In this document: positions 16,967-27,112 of the stretch, piece by piece
Numbering within the stretch: position 1 is the stretch's first letter
How the letters are laid out: every line of letters begins with the position of its first letter
DNA from: a virus
Reading direction: 5' to 3' (one strand)
IMG/VR virus record: IMGVR_UViG_3300008954_000002
Location: 1 to 64,000 of that record
DNA: 64,000 nucleotides
Program-made: the position numbers and the translations under genes
The notes under the pieces: model-generated
Database searches by the model: none
What the model saw: the letters and a program-made list of their open reading frames with translations, nothing else
Told to the model about the DNA's origin: nothing

Positions 16967-17653
16967 ATGATCTACTATGCTGGCGATATTCATGGAGAAG
17001 TAGAAGCTGTTATTGGTGTAAACAATGCCGCTAGAAATAATAATATAAAGTATATTATCCAAGTAGGTGATTTTGGAATTAGATGGCCGGGAAGACCCTG
17101 TCCTATATATAAATACTTTAAAAAACAAAACTATCTTGGTAACAATAGTCCTATATGGATTACCTGTGGCGGTAATCACGACAATTGGGATAAATGGTTT
17201 AGCTTAGCTGAAAAACAAAGTCAACCCAACTTAGTAGAACTAGCACCTAACTGCTTTTATGCACAAAGGGGTGTTTACCTTAAAATAGAAGACATAGGAC
17301 ACTTGTTTTTAGGTGGCGCGGAAAGTGTTGATAAACACCACCGTACTGAAGGTAAAAGTTGGTGGGCAAGTGAAACACCTTCTTATGAAGAATTTAGTAA
17401 GTTCTTTACTAACTTGGAAAATCATAAGCCTGAAGTAGTAGTTACACATGATGCTCCTCTATTCTTGCCAATAGCAGGATATCAACGAAACAATAGTCCA
17501 ACACCACGCAATTTAGAGAATATTATTAAACTCTCTAGTCATAAGCCCACATATCATGTATATGGACATCACCATCTTCTTCAAGAAGATTTGATAGATG
17601 GAATCACTTACAAATGTTGTGGTCTTGGTGGTCAATATATAACCTTAGAATAG
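16967..17653 (+). CDS. Calcineurin-like metallophosphoesterase
   Basis: GDIHG, VGDFG, GNHD, THDAP and GHHH motifs. Confidence 0.88.
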   Translation: MIYYAGDIHGEVEAVIGVNNAARNNNIKYIIQVGDFGIRWPGRPCPIYKYFKKQNYLGNNSPIWITCGGNHDNWDKWFSLAEKQSQPNLVELAPNCFYAQRGVYLKIEDIGHLFLGGAESVDKHHRTEGKSWWASETPSYEEFSKFFTNLENHKPEVVVTHDAPLFLPIAGYQRNNSPTPRNLENIIKLSSHKPTYHVYGHHHLLQEDLIDGITYKCCGLGGQYITLE

Positions 17654-17679
17654 CGCGGCTTACGCCACGCAATAAGTAG
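17653..17679 (+). promoter_or_regulatory. Class II hairpin element (GCGCGGC-TTAC-GCCACGC ... TAG)
   Basis: Intergenic, 10 nt before ATG 17689. Confidence 0.55.
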
Positions 17680-17688
17680 GCATGTAAT

Positions 17689-18093
17689 ATGTACAAATGT
17701 ACTATTTGTGATGGCACAGGTATGCTTGGCGGAAGCATTAAATATACCTGTTTTGTATGTAATGGTGAAAAGAAAACTAGAAGACAAATTTCTCTTCAAG
17801 CCACTTCTAAATTTACAGCAAACACTCAAAATATATGGCTTCAAATTAATAATGCTCTCCACTCAACAGCTTCCAGTGTAAACATTGGAAATCAAACAAT
17901 TCCTATTAAGACAGGAACTAATGGCTGTCGTTTTATTAGATGGAAAAACAAAACATTTATGGAGCAAAACAAAGCCAAATCAAGCCACTATGCTAAAAAA
18001 GCAAAATTAGGCCAGAAAATTACTTGGATAATGAGCCAAGACAAAAGTAAATCTTGGGGCCTTATTATAGATGGAAAAATAAAACACTATTAA
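17689..18093 (+). CDS. Hypothetical protein with N-terminal CxxCxGxG Zn finger
   Basis: CTICDGTG ... CFVCNG. Confidence 0.6.
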   Translation: MYKCTICDGTGMLGGSIKYTCFVCNGEKKTRRQISLQATSKFTANTQNIWLQINNALHSTASSVNIGNQTIPIKTGTNGCRFIRWKNKTFMEQNKAKSSHYAKKAKLGQKITWIMSQDKSKSWGLIIDGKIKHY

Positions 18094-18233
18094 TATCTAA
18101 TTATATTTAACTTCATAGATATTATATTTAAATATACAAGCCTAGCTCAATAGTAAGAAACTCATTCAAACACTATTGCTCTAATAGTGTTCTTATACCC
18201 ATCAAGGCATCACCTGCCGACTAGGAGAAAATT

Positions 18234-18836
18234 ATGGAGACTATCTCGTCTTCAGAAGTCACCCTCACCCCTACCATTACTATTGGAATAAATGAGTTTG
18301 CATCTCGCCATACTATGAACTCTCCCTATAGCTTCTATAATGGTTCAAACGATAGTTTGATCGATCTCATTACAGCAGCTTGGGACAATAAACAAGTAGG
18401 TGAACTGGAAGGTACTTTCATTGTTCCAGTACCTCCTGAAGGATTCTTTACTGGTATTGTAGAAGTAGATGAAAATACAGAACTTACTGCTATTTATTCT
18501 ACACGTACAAACGCTATAGAAGCAGAAACACCCTCCATTAGTGTATTTGCTAATGGTCGCAAGATCCCCGCTAAAACTGCACAAGCAATCATCTACAGTA
18601 GAACTATTCTAGCTTCTCAGAACATGAATACTACCGATGCTGATTATGAGGTAATTAGTATTGAAGCCTCTCCTACAGTAGAAGCCGAGCCTATGTCGCC
18701 TATGACAATGGCTCGCAATTACCTTAATATGCCTGGCGGCACTAAGACAAAGTATACTGCAGAGCAGTTTGCAAAGGCTATTTGGTTTTGGGCAACTCAC
18801 GCCCATTCAATACCTACTACTACAGACTCAGAATAA
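18234..18836 (+). CDS. DUF3228-like protein
   Basis: PMSPMTMARNYL..GG..Y....AIWFW C-terminal motif. Confidence 0.65.
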   Translation: METISSSEVTLTPTITIGINEFASRHTMNSPYSFYNGSNDSLIDLITAAWDNKQVGELEGTFIVPVPPEGFFTGIVEVDENTELTAIYSTRTNAIEAETPSISVFANGRKIPAKTAQAIIYSRTILASQNMNTTDADYEVISIEASPTVEAEPMSPMTMARNYLNMPGGTKTKYTAEQFAKAIWFWATHAHSIPTTTDSE

Positions 18837-19135
18837 TTAGGAGTTCTATTTGTTGTGAGAGGTATATGAACTAATACCTCTTGCAACAAATATCTTTATA
18901 TGAATAAACTATCTCAACTTCCAACTGTTGAACCAGTTAAAAATAATAAAACAACTCAATTTTCTCATAAGTATATAACAACAATAGTAAGAAATTCTTA
19001 CACAACTACTATTGTATATAAAAACAAACTCAGAGAAAAAACTCATACTTGAAATATAATCAAGAACAATCTTGTATCTATTTTGATACAAGACAGCATA
19101 TAGCTGTCCTTGTCACCCTCTCATAGAAATGAATA

Positions 19136-19690
19136 ATGGACGATATCGCAGGAAGCCCGTATCTTACTCTCGTAGACGTAGAAAATAGTAAGCAGCTTTT
19201 AAATTATATAGAACCCTACGATGTAACAGCTAAACATCAAGAACATATAGCTACTCTAATAAAAGAATTAATCAATACCTCAGCCAGAGAAATCCGGCCA
19301 TTGCTTACCTCTTTTATGAAAGAGAATGTCCTCTATCTTCAAATTTCTATTCCTTATCGACCTTATGACTCGCCAGAGACACAAACCGAATATAAGGTAA
19401 AAAATATAGAAACAATAGAGTTTCCTATTGATAGAGAACTACTCTCAGATCATAGCTATTGTACTAGTATGTCAACTGTTACAGGCATAGCGATTATTAA
19501 TTTGTCTATAGCATATGGAGCACTCACAGATATGTATTTACATACACTTGTGTCTCCCTTTCATAGTACTGAGAAAAAGAAGCAAACAATTGCTTTTGAA
19601 ATTGGTGATGGTCTTGTAGACTTTTGTAGCCTTAGTGATAAAGATTTGATGAGTCTTAGAGAAAAACTAATCGAATACGAATCACTCTAG
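19136..19690 (+). CDS. Hypothetical protein
   Basis: 184-aa co-oriented ORF. Confidence 0.6.
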   Translation: MDDIAGSPYLTLVDVENSKQLLNYIEPYDVTAKHQEHIATLIKELINTSAREIRPLLTSFMKENVLYLQISIPYRPYDSPETQTEYKVKNIETIEFPIDRELLSDHSYCTSMSTVTGIAIINLSIAYGALTDMYLHTLVSPFHSTEKKKQTIAFEIGDGLVDFCSLSDKDLMSLREKLIEYESL

Positions 19691-19692
19691 CT

Positions 19693-19720
19693 GACATCGC
19701 TTACGCGATGTCTTGCATAG
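19693..19720 (+). promoter_or_regulatory. Class II hairpin element (GACATCGC-TTAC-GCGATGTC ... TAG)
   Basis: Perfect 8-bp stem; precedes the tRNA pair. Confidence 0.6.
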
Positions 19721-19789
19721 CATTACAATATACAAGACAATCTAGAGCAAGGCCACTAATGGTCTTGCTCTTATTTCATATAAAGTTAT

Positions 19790-19872
19790 GGGCACATATC
19801 CCAGCGGTCTTATATACCGTCCAGTATAATTCGGGTAATCGGTGGATGTAGGTTCGAGTCCTACTGTGCCTA
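19790..19872 (+). tRNA. Atypical tRNA-Ile(TAT) lacking a canonical D-arm, with a long variable region
   Basis: Acceptor GGGCACA/TGTGCCT, anticodon arm GCGGT-CTTATAT-ACCGT, T-arm GTAGG-TTCGAGT-CCTAC. Confidence 0.65.
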
Positions 19873-19889
19873 CCTCAACATATACATTA

Positions 19890-19962
19890 GGGCACTTAAT
19901 TCAGTGGTTAGAATCTCCGTCTCATACGCGGCCAGTCCTCAGTTCGAATCTGAGAGTGCCCA
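19890..19962 (+). tRNA. tRNA with CAT anticodon (probably Ile2, possibly Met)
   Basis: Cloverleaf; acceptor GGGCACT/AGTGCCC; loop CTCATAC. Confidence 0.85.
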
Positions 19963-19983
19963 CCTTCAATATAAAAGGAATAC

Positions 19984-20343
19984 ATGTCAGACACATCATA
20001 TAAACCTTATACTCCCTCCGTAAATAGACTTATTCAACCTGAAGAAGATCCTTATGATCCCCTAGAAGAAGTAACTGATGAACAAGGCTACGAGCCATAT
20101 AGTAGCTCACCAGCTGTTGTCCCTTCTACACAAGTTACATCTCCTAAAAAGTCAAACTTTAAGATAATAGAATTATCTAAAAGATTTATGGGACACTTTT
20201 ATAAGCTTATTGAGCATACAATTACACGAGAAAGGAAATGGGTAGATGCAGATAGTATAAAAATAGATGGAATACCAACTGCCTTCTATGACGCAGACCC
20301 CCATTTCGAACCTCAGATTGATGACGAAGATATACCATTCTAA
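19984..20343 (+). CDS. Hypothetical protein with acidic DDEDIPF tail
   Basis: AAGGA RBS; SSB-like C-terminal DIPF. Confidence 0.6.
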   Translation: MSDTSYKPYTPSVNRLIQPEEDPYDPLEEVTDEQGYEPYSSSPAVVPSTQVTSPKKSNFKIIELSKRFMGHFYKLIEHTITRERKWVDADSIKIDGIPTAFYDADPHFEPQIDDEDIPF

Positions 20344-20444
20344 ATAGTATAAATACTACATAGAACAAGTTCTCACAAAAGCAAAATACATTTTGCTTTA
20401 TCCTGTCCTTTTAGGACATCCTTCAATTGGAGTAATTCCAAACC

Positions 20445-20894
20445 ATGAACAGTACTGATATTGCTCGTATCGTCGAGCTTGCTACATCCATTCAAGAGCT
20501 TCACGAAGCCATGGAATCACAAACCATGAAACTTCACGAAGTAATGAAAACAAGTCTTGATACAACAGGTGTTTCTATTACTGACAGCTCTATTAATGGC
20601 ACTGTGATGCCTGTTTCTGTCTACAACCCTTACACTCTCAATAGCTATCGCTGGAAGGTATTTAACTTTCTGCTAGAACATACAGTAGGAGAAACATCTG
20701 ATACAAGATATACAAAAGTAGATCTTGCTCGTATCATGTATGGAAATGCTTCTTCCTCTAACAAGAGTAAAGTAAGCAGCGTCCTTTATGCTCTTAAAAA
20801 GGATGGCTGGGTAACACTTGATGAAAACTCAGAGTGGTACTTTTGCTCTGAACAAATTGTTACAGAAACTACACCAGAAAGTTATACTAGCTAA
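20445..20894 (+). CDS. Probable winged-helix DNA-binding protein
   Basis: TKVDLARIMY...VSSVLYALKKDGWV pattern. Confidence 0.55.
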   Translation: MNSTDIARIVELATSIQELHEAMESQTMKLHEVMKTSLDTTGVSITDSSINGTVMPVSVYNPYTLNSYRWKVFNFLLEHTVGETSDTRYTKVDLARIMYGNASSSNKSKVSSVLYALKKDGWVTLDENSEWYFCSEQIVTETTPESYTS

Positions 20895-21288
20895 CAAGGA
20901 TAATTATTATAGGGCATGCCGGGAAATTCCCGGCATAGCTCTACTAATATTATGTCTAAAAATATATACAGTATTTCATCTTATGGTAGTGGATCTCCTC
21001 CTCTTATTCTTCAATCACAAGAGACTCTCACTCTCTACTGGAAATATGAAACTTATACTCATATAATCCGTTGCGATAATCCTGCTAAAAAAACAGGAAA
21101 AGGTACTTGGTACCAAGAAAACAAAAAAACCAAGACCAAAACTTGGTGGGTAGGTTCCAACAGTACAGTAGATATCAACCCAATACTTTGGAAAAAAGAG
21201 TACTGGCAACAACACTTTGAATTTGAAAAGGATGTCTCATAACACTTACAAATAAACTCATAGTTTTCTATACTTAACTTAAGAAACT

Positions 21289-21495
21289 ATGGACGCACTT
21301 AAACTCCAAATACACAACCTTTCTGATGAACTCAGAAGAATGTATCAGTGGGGATTAGAAGATACACCTCTCTTCAAGAAAAAGTGCAAAGAACTTATTC
21401 GATTACAAGAAAAACTAGATAAAGCTAATAAAGTACTAAACAAATATTTTAAAGATATTGCTTTAGAGGTATATTGGTACAATAAAAAGCTATAG
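21289..21495 (+). CDS. Small hypothetical protein
   Basis: Co-oriented ORF. Confidence 0.5.
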   Translation: MDALKLQIHNLSDELRRMYQWGLEDTPLFKKKCKELIRLQEKLDKANKVLNKYFKDIALEVYWYNKKL

Positions 21496-21523
21496 ACTAC
21501 TATAAAATACTTTGCTTATTACT

Positions 21524-21832
21524 CTCATATAGCTGGCACGACTCTCAACGAGACAATCTGTACAAGTATATTCTTAAGAGTACAGGCTGGTAATGGTAAC
21601 TAGTCAGGCTAAGCATTATAAGTATTATTAGTAATGTGGTGACTACAATTGATATCTTGGTATCAATATAGGTCAGGATCCTAAGAAAACTTACTCTTGT
21701 TTATGCTTAGGTATGGTGGCGGGGTAGTAATAAGAGTGGAATGCGCAACACAGCATTGGACCCTAGCAGGAGGGCGTTCTAACGAATATCCTGCCAACTT
21801 AATTGTCTTGTTGAAAGTAACAACTCTATGAG
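21524..21832 (+). ncRNA. Candidate ~310-nt multibranch ncRNA (strand inferred)
   Basis: Closing helix ACTCTCAACGAGACAAT (21541) with ATTGTCTTGTTGAAAGT (21802), enclosing about six hairpins. Confidence 0.6.
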
Positions 21833-22048
21833 TTATATTCTTACATAAAATCAGACTACTTAATACTCTGATTATGGATTTAATATGTCACAAACAAAAG
21901 ATATATATCTTGAAAATCTCTCTCAAGAACATCAAGATAAGAAAGATTGGGAGGAAGAGCGGCTTACAACCCAAATCTTTAAAGAAATACAAGAAAGCAA
22001 ACCAGAAAAAGAAGAAAGTAGCTCAGATCTTAGTAATGATCCTGTTGA

Positions 22049-22984
22049 TTGGTAATGGACCATATAGCCTATAACAAAACAAGCTCCTTACTATATAGCT
22101 GGCAACCTAGCTGGTTTGGTAGAATTACAATAGATAAAGAACTTATATATGAGATAGCTAAATGGCAGCGCACTCATCAGTTAACTGTTGATGGACTTAT
22201 GGGTCCACTCACATATAAAAAGCTTTGGCTAGAAAGAGAACGCAACATCCATAGATATCAACCACTTACTCCTGGATACTCAAATAAAAACTCATATATA
22301 GTACATAATAGTAATTTTGCTCCTATTGAATGGCCTAAAGTAATTTTATGGTCAGAACCTAGTGGCCTAAAAACAAGAAGAAATGCATACTATGATTACA
22401 GTGGTAAAAGAGATAGGACTCCTACCCAATTTATAAATCATTGGGATGTATGTCTTTCCTCAGCTATCTGTGCAAAGGTTTTACATAGAAGAAAAATCTC
22501 TATTCACTTCTGTATAGATAATGATGGAACCATATATCAATTATTAGATACTCAACATGGAGCATGGCATGCTGGCAATAGAACTGTTAATAAGAATGCC
22601 ATTGGAGTAGAAATATCAAATGCATACTACCTTAAACATCAATCCCAATATATAGCTAAAGGATTTAGTAGTAGACCAATAGCTAAAAATATTACTGTAC
22701 ATAACAAAACTCTCTCTCCCTTTTTAGACTTCTACTCTATTCAAATAGAAGCACTAAAAGCTCTTTGGAAAGCTATACACATTAATAATAGAATTCCTCT
22801 AGAATATCCTAAAGTAGGAGAAGAATTTTGTACTACAATTCACCCACCAACTAAAACAGGTATCTTCTCAGGTTTTGCCAATCACTATAATATCTCTTTA
22901 GATAAGATAGATTGTGCAAACCTAGATTTACCTCTTCTTTTAACTCAAGTAAAACAGTTGAGGACAAACTATTGCCCAACTTAA
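22049..22984 (+). CDS. N-acetylmuramoyl-L-alanine amidase with PG-binding domain (endolysin-like)
   Basis: WQRTHQLTVDGLMGPLT; SIHFCIDNDGTIYQ..AWHAG..N..IGVEI; H...KID. Confidence 0.85.
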   Translation: MVMDHIAYNKTSSLLYSWQPSWFGRITIDKELIYEIAKWQRTHQLTVDGLMGPLTYKKLWLERERNIHRYQPLTPGYSNKNSYIVHNSNFAPIEWPKVILWSEPSGLKTRRNAYYDYSGKRDRTPTQFINHWDVCLSSAICAKVLHRRKISIHFCIDNDGTIYQLLDTQHGAWHAGNRTVNKNAIGVEISNAYYLKHQSQYIAKGFSSRPIAKNITVHNKTLSPFLDFYSIQIEALKALWKAIHINNRIPLEYPKVGEEFCTTIHPPTKTGIFSGFANHYNISLDKIDCANLDLPLLLTQVKQLRTNYCPT

Positions 22985-23613
22985 CCCCAATATATCTATA
23001 TGGGGACAAAACAGGACGCATATCTTGCATTTCTTATGACGGACTAGATCTAGTATCGTCAGAAACTAATCTGAGTGTTCCCCTGAGCTCAATCCTCAAA
23101 TCTAATACACTAACTATTGAATTAGTAGTGCCTAACTTTATCTATGACAAGTGTCCTTCAGCAAATACTACAATCTTGACTCAAGAAGAATTCTATACTC
23201 CTCCTAATACACTTAAAACTGATAATACTTCATATATGGTAGATCCCTTGATAAGTTATCCAAGAGATCTTTTTGCTTGTATAACAGCATCAAGCGCTAT
23301 TAGAGAGCATGCCAAGCTAAGCATTGAATTATATAGAAGACTAATTGATTCTGGAGTACACCACCGCCAAGCAATTATGGTGCTGCCTGGTAATATTTAT
23401 ATTAAATACCAAACAACTATTACCTTATCTGAACTTTTTGAATATACAGACTTAAAGGTACATCCTGCAGAACCAGAACTAACAGCTCTATACTATACTC
23501 TATATGCTATAGCCCATAAAGTTTGGCCCAATATAACTACTACTTACACTAAAACTAGTAATCGTTTAATAGAATACGAATATAATAGAGAGCAAGCTTT
23601 AAAAGAAGCTTAA
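22912..23613 (+). CDS. Degenerate ThyX-like protein
   Basis: C-terminal SIELYRRLIDSGV...A..VLP motif, but no RHR-x7-S catalytic motif. Confidence 0.5.
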   Translation: MCKPRFTSSFNSSKTVEDKLLPNLTPIYLYGDKTGRISCISYDGLDLVSSETNLSVPLSSILKSNTLTIELVVPNFIYDKCPSANTTILTQEEFYTPPNTLKTDNTSYMVDPLISYPRDLFACITASSAIREHAKLSIELYRRLIDSGVHHRQAIMVLPGNIYIKYQTTITLSELFEYTDLKVHPAEPELTALYYTLYAIAHKVWPNITTTYTKTSNRLIEYEYNREQALKEA

Positions 23614-23618
23614 ACTAC

Positions 23619-23694
23619 TGAGAGATAGTTCAATTGGCAGAACGCCTGGTTGTTACCCAGGAAGTTGCAGGTTCGAGTCCTGCTCTCTCAGCCA
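23619..23694 (+). tRNA. tRNA-Asn(GTT)
   Basis: Canonical cloverleaf, loop TTGTTAC, encoded CCA. Confidence 0.92.
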
Positions 23695-23710
23695 CCTTGA
23701 TGAGAAAAAT

Positions 23711-24805
23711 ATGACTTCAACACCTGACTCAATAAATACTGAATCTGCTACAGAACCTATCATCTGCACAGCAGAATATATATGGATCGATGGTACCGAA
23801 CCTACAGCACAACTTAGATCCAAGACAAGAATTCTTACATCAGAACAACTATCTAATCCACCAGCATGGACCTTCGATGGCTCATCTACAAATCAAGCCA
23901 CAGGAGATAGCTCCGATTGCATACTTCAGCCAGTAAGAGTAGCTTACGATCCCATTAGGCCTAATGGTGCACTAATACTATGCGAAGTTTTCAATTCTGA
24001 TCTTACACCTAGTAAAACAAACTACAGAGCTAGTTTGCGCAAAGTACTAGCTGAAGGTGCAGATAGTCTTGAGCCTATATTTGGCTTTGAACAGGAGTAT
24101 ACTATCTTTGAAGGAGATAAGCCATTTGGATTCCCAGAAGAGGGTGAGCCCGAAGCACAAGGTCCTTATTACTGTTCTGTGGGTACCTATAACCATGGCA
24201 GAAATCTTGCTGAACATCATATGAAATTATGTCTTGCTGCTAGAATTGCTTATGGTGGATTAAACGCTGAAGTAATGCCAGGACAATGGGAATTCCAAAT
24301 TGGACCTGCAAATCCACTTCGAGCAGGAGATGATATCTGGTTAGGCAGATGGCTATTGCAACGCATTGCAGAAAACTATGATGTAGATATTTCATACGAT
24401 CCAAAACCAGTAGCTGGAGATTGGAACGGCGCAGGTATGCATAGTAACTTCTCAACTAACCAAAGTAGAAATAAAAATGGTGTTGAGTATCTTAAAAATC
24501 TCTGCAGCCACTTACAATATCACACAGTAAACTGTCTAGCTGGGTATGGAGCAAATTATGAAAGTCGCCTAACTGGTGAACACGAAACAGCATCTTATAA
24601 GGACTACAAATGGGGTATTGCAGATAGAACAGCAAGCATTAGAATTCCACTACACGTAGATGTAGATGGAGCAGGCTATCTAGAAGATAGACGTCCTAAT
24701 GCTAATGCAGATCCATATAGAGTAGCTACTGTATTACTTGAAGCTACCCTAAAAATGACAAATACAGAAATAATTTCTCAAGAAGAAACCCAAACAACTA
24801 CATAA
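23711..24805 (+). CDS. glnII: Glutamine synthetase type II
   Basis: AEYIWIDG, FDGSST, EQEY, NAEVMPGQWEFQIG, WNGAGMH, GYLEDRRP; 364 aa. Confidence 0.95.
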   Translation: MTSTPDSINTESATEPIICTAEYIWIDGTEPTAQLRSKTRILTSEQLSNPPAWTFDGSSTNQATGDSSDCILQPVRVAYDPIRPNGALILCEVFNSDLTPSKTNYRASLRKVLAEGADSLEPIFGFEQEYTIFEGDKPFGFPEEGEPEAQGPYYCSVGTYNHGRNLAEHHMKLCLAARIAYGGLNAEVMPGQWEFQIGPANPLRAGDDIWLGRWLLQRIAENYDVDISYDPKPVAGDWNGAGMHSNFSTNQSRNKNGVEYLKNLCSHLQYHTVNCLAGYGANYESRLTGEHETASYKDYKWGIADRTASIRIPLHVDVDGAGYLEDRRPNANADPYRVATVLLEATLKMTNTEIISQEETQTTT

Positions 24806-24878
24806 CTTTACCTTCTTATAAAAGACATGTTAGCCTGAAAGTTCTAGTACTAAGATTTAGTAGAACTCAAGGTGTATC

Positions 24879-25859
24879 ATGTCTTTTTTATTATTACTTA
24901 GCTTTATTACCTCCTGTACTCCTGACTACGGAATAGTAGGTCATAGTACTTTCTATGTAGAAACACCTGGCGAAACCGAATACATATATACTCATGATAC
25001 AGGTGGAGAACCAGGAGTAGTTTGGGTAGATTCTTTTACTCAGCCTGCAAGTGTAGATGAAATAGATATACTCTGGATTATTGATACATCAGGCTCAATG
25101 TACAGATATACAGCTAACTTTTTAGTAGGTATTGAAGCAATGTTAAATGCTCTACCACCCTCTGGGTGGAGACTTGCTATGCTGTCAAATGATCCATTTA
25201 GAGCAGCAACAGAAAACCAATTCCCATTAGTACCCGGTGATGACATCATAGATGCAACTGATATGTATACACGAATGGGACAAGGCCCTTGGGAAGAAGG
25301 CTTTGATGCAGCATATGAATATATAGTTAACAATCCCTATTCAAGAACTTGGATGAGAAATAGTGCTGCACTATTAGTTGTTTTTGTATCTGACGAAGAA
25401 GAACAAAGCAATCAATATATGATAAACGTAAGAGATTTCACAAATTGGTATAGTGGGTTAAGATTAAACTCATCTTTTGTCTCAAGTATTGTGAATCTCG
25501 ATGGAAATACTTCTGTATGCCCATCAACTCCCACCGCTTTTGATGTAGGAGATAGATATATAGAAGCAACAAACTTCTTTAACGGGATAATTGTAGATAT
25601 ATGCTCAGATGATTGGTCTCCTGGAGTTACCGATGCCTTTCAACAAATAGAACCATATGAAGAGTGGAAACTTACCTATACTCCACTTGGCAACTCAGTA
25701 AGAGTATTTATAAATACTCAACCAATGCCTACTACAGATTGGTATTATAGTTTATATAATAATACTGTATATTTTAATACAATACCTTCAGAAGGTTCCC
25801 TAATAGAAATAGGGTATAGAATAGAAGATAATTTAGATACAGCCGACACTGGCTACTAG
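24879..25859 (+). CDS. vWA-domain lipoprotein
   Basis: Lipobox-like ITSC; MIDAS DTSGSM; VVFVSDEEEQS. Confidence 0.8.
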   Translation: MSFLLLLSFITSCTPDYGIVGHSTFYVETPGETEYIYTHDTGGEPGVVWVDSFTQPASVDEIDILWIIDTSGSMYRYTANFLVGIEAMLNALPPSGWRLAMLSNDPFRAATENQFPLVPGDDIIDATDMYTRMGQGPWEEGFDAAYEYIVNNPYSRTWMRNSAALLVVFVSDEEEQSNQYMINVRDFTNWYSGLRLNSSFVSSIVNLDGNTSVCPSTPTAFDVGDRYIEATNFFNGIIVDICSDDWSPGVTDAFQQIEPYEEWKLTYTPLGNSVRVFINTQPMPTTDWYYSLYNNTVYFNTIPSEGSLIEIGYRIEDNLDTADTGY

Positions 25860-25865
25860 GAAAAC

Positions 25866-26351
25866 ATGATCCGACAATTCATATATAAACTTAGAAAACT
25901 CTTTAGAAAAAACTTTTCTTATATAGAAATCAAAGCTTATCTTGGACTCATAAATGCAGAAGCTATATATCGAGTACAAGCGCATACGCCAAATAAAGAA
26001 CAAAATGAAGAATTAGAAGAATTCTTCTATACTGTAACAAATTCCGATCTTAGTACTATTATCTCTTGGACTCACAACTTCACTGAAAAACATTTTGATC
26101 ATATTGTTAAGCGTAAACAAGAAAGACTACATGCATTACAATATGATATGGCATTTCTTACACTAGACGAATGGCTAAAGCTACAACAATATCTATTAGA
26201 TCTAGATACAGAATGGCTTGTAGCCACAAATCAATATATCAAGGATCTACTCTACAAAAGTCACTCTGGTATGATAGAAAAGTCAATGACATTACCAAAT
26301 GCATATGAAATAATAGAACCATCACTTTCAGACGATGACTTTATTAATTAG
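25866..26351 (+). CDS. Hypothetical protein
   Basis: AGGA RBS. Confidence 0.6.
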   Translation: MIRQFIYKLRKLFRKNFSYIEIKAYLGLINAEAIYRVQAHTPNKEQNEELEEFFYTVTNSDLSTIISWTHNFTEKHFDHIVKRKQERLHALQYDMAFLTLDEWLKLQQYLLDLDTEWLVATNQYIKDLLYKSHSGMIEKSMTLPNAYEIIEPSLSDDDFIN

Positions 26352-26393
26352 AAAAAAACGATTTCTACGCCCAATTACTAGATGTAAGGGAGG

Positions 26394-26732
26394 ATGTTGA
26401 TGAGTTTTTACAATATACATCCTACTCATTTGTTAATAATCTTACTTACCTATACTCTTAGTGTGTATGGTATTTCTTGGACTATAACAATGAGTTCTCT
26501 CTTTGCTCCCTTAAGAGATAAACTACTAAACTTGCCCATCTTAAGCAAACTATTTCAGTGTATAGTTTGTATCTCTGTATGGGTAGGAATATTTGTTGCA
26601 TTAATTGCACCCTACACAGTAGGACTCTTTGAAGCATCCTTCATTAGAGAACCAGCAGATCTTTTTATATGGGGCGGCTGGAGTGCAGCAACTACATGGG
26701 CTATAGCACTTAAATTAGGCGATGCCCAATAA
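26394..26732 (+). CDS. DUF1360-like membrane protein
   Basis: LF.PLR...LF.C..C.SVW motif. Confidence 0.65.
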   Translation: MLMSFYNIHPTHLLIILLTYTLSVYGISWTITMSSLFAPLRDKLLNLPILSKLFQCIVCISVWVGIFVALIAPYTVGLFEASFIREPADLFIWGGWSAATTWAIALKLGDAQ

Positions 26733-26740
26733 CTATTTTC

Positions 26741-27105
26741 GGGGGTGAACTGGCTTCGACTTTGTAGCAAAGAAGAATAGTACAGGTGACCTTAAGAAAC
26801 AATAGGTCTAAAACTTAGTTTCAAAACCATAACTGCTAACAACAACAGTTTCAACGTAGCTCTAGCAGCTTAGTTGGGAGGCTTCTTAGAGCCTTCTATC
26901 CAATCTAAGATATCTTACCCTCGATGGAGAGAAACAACGCATTGAGAGAATGGCTACCCTACTTGTAGTAGGTGGATTCTAAGATGACATAAGAATGGTT
27001 GGCCTTGTCATTATTTTGCTATTTGAAGAAACAAATAGATAAACCTGTGAATAACTTGAATTCAAAACTATGAAGAACGCGGGTTCGAATCCCGCCACCT
27101 CCACC
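26741..27105 (+). ncRNA. ssrA: tmRNA; tag ANNNSFNVALAA* at 26835-26873
   Basis: 5' GGGGGTG..TTCGAC, 3' GCGGGTTCGAATCCCGCCACCTCCA, G3-U70 pair, ATAACT resume context. Confidence 0.95.
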
Positions 27106-27112
27106 CTTTTGA

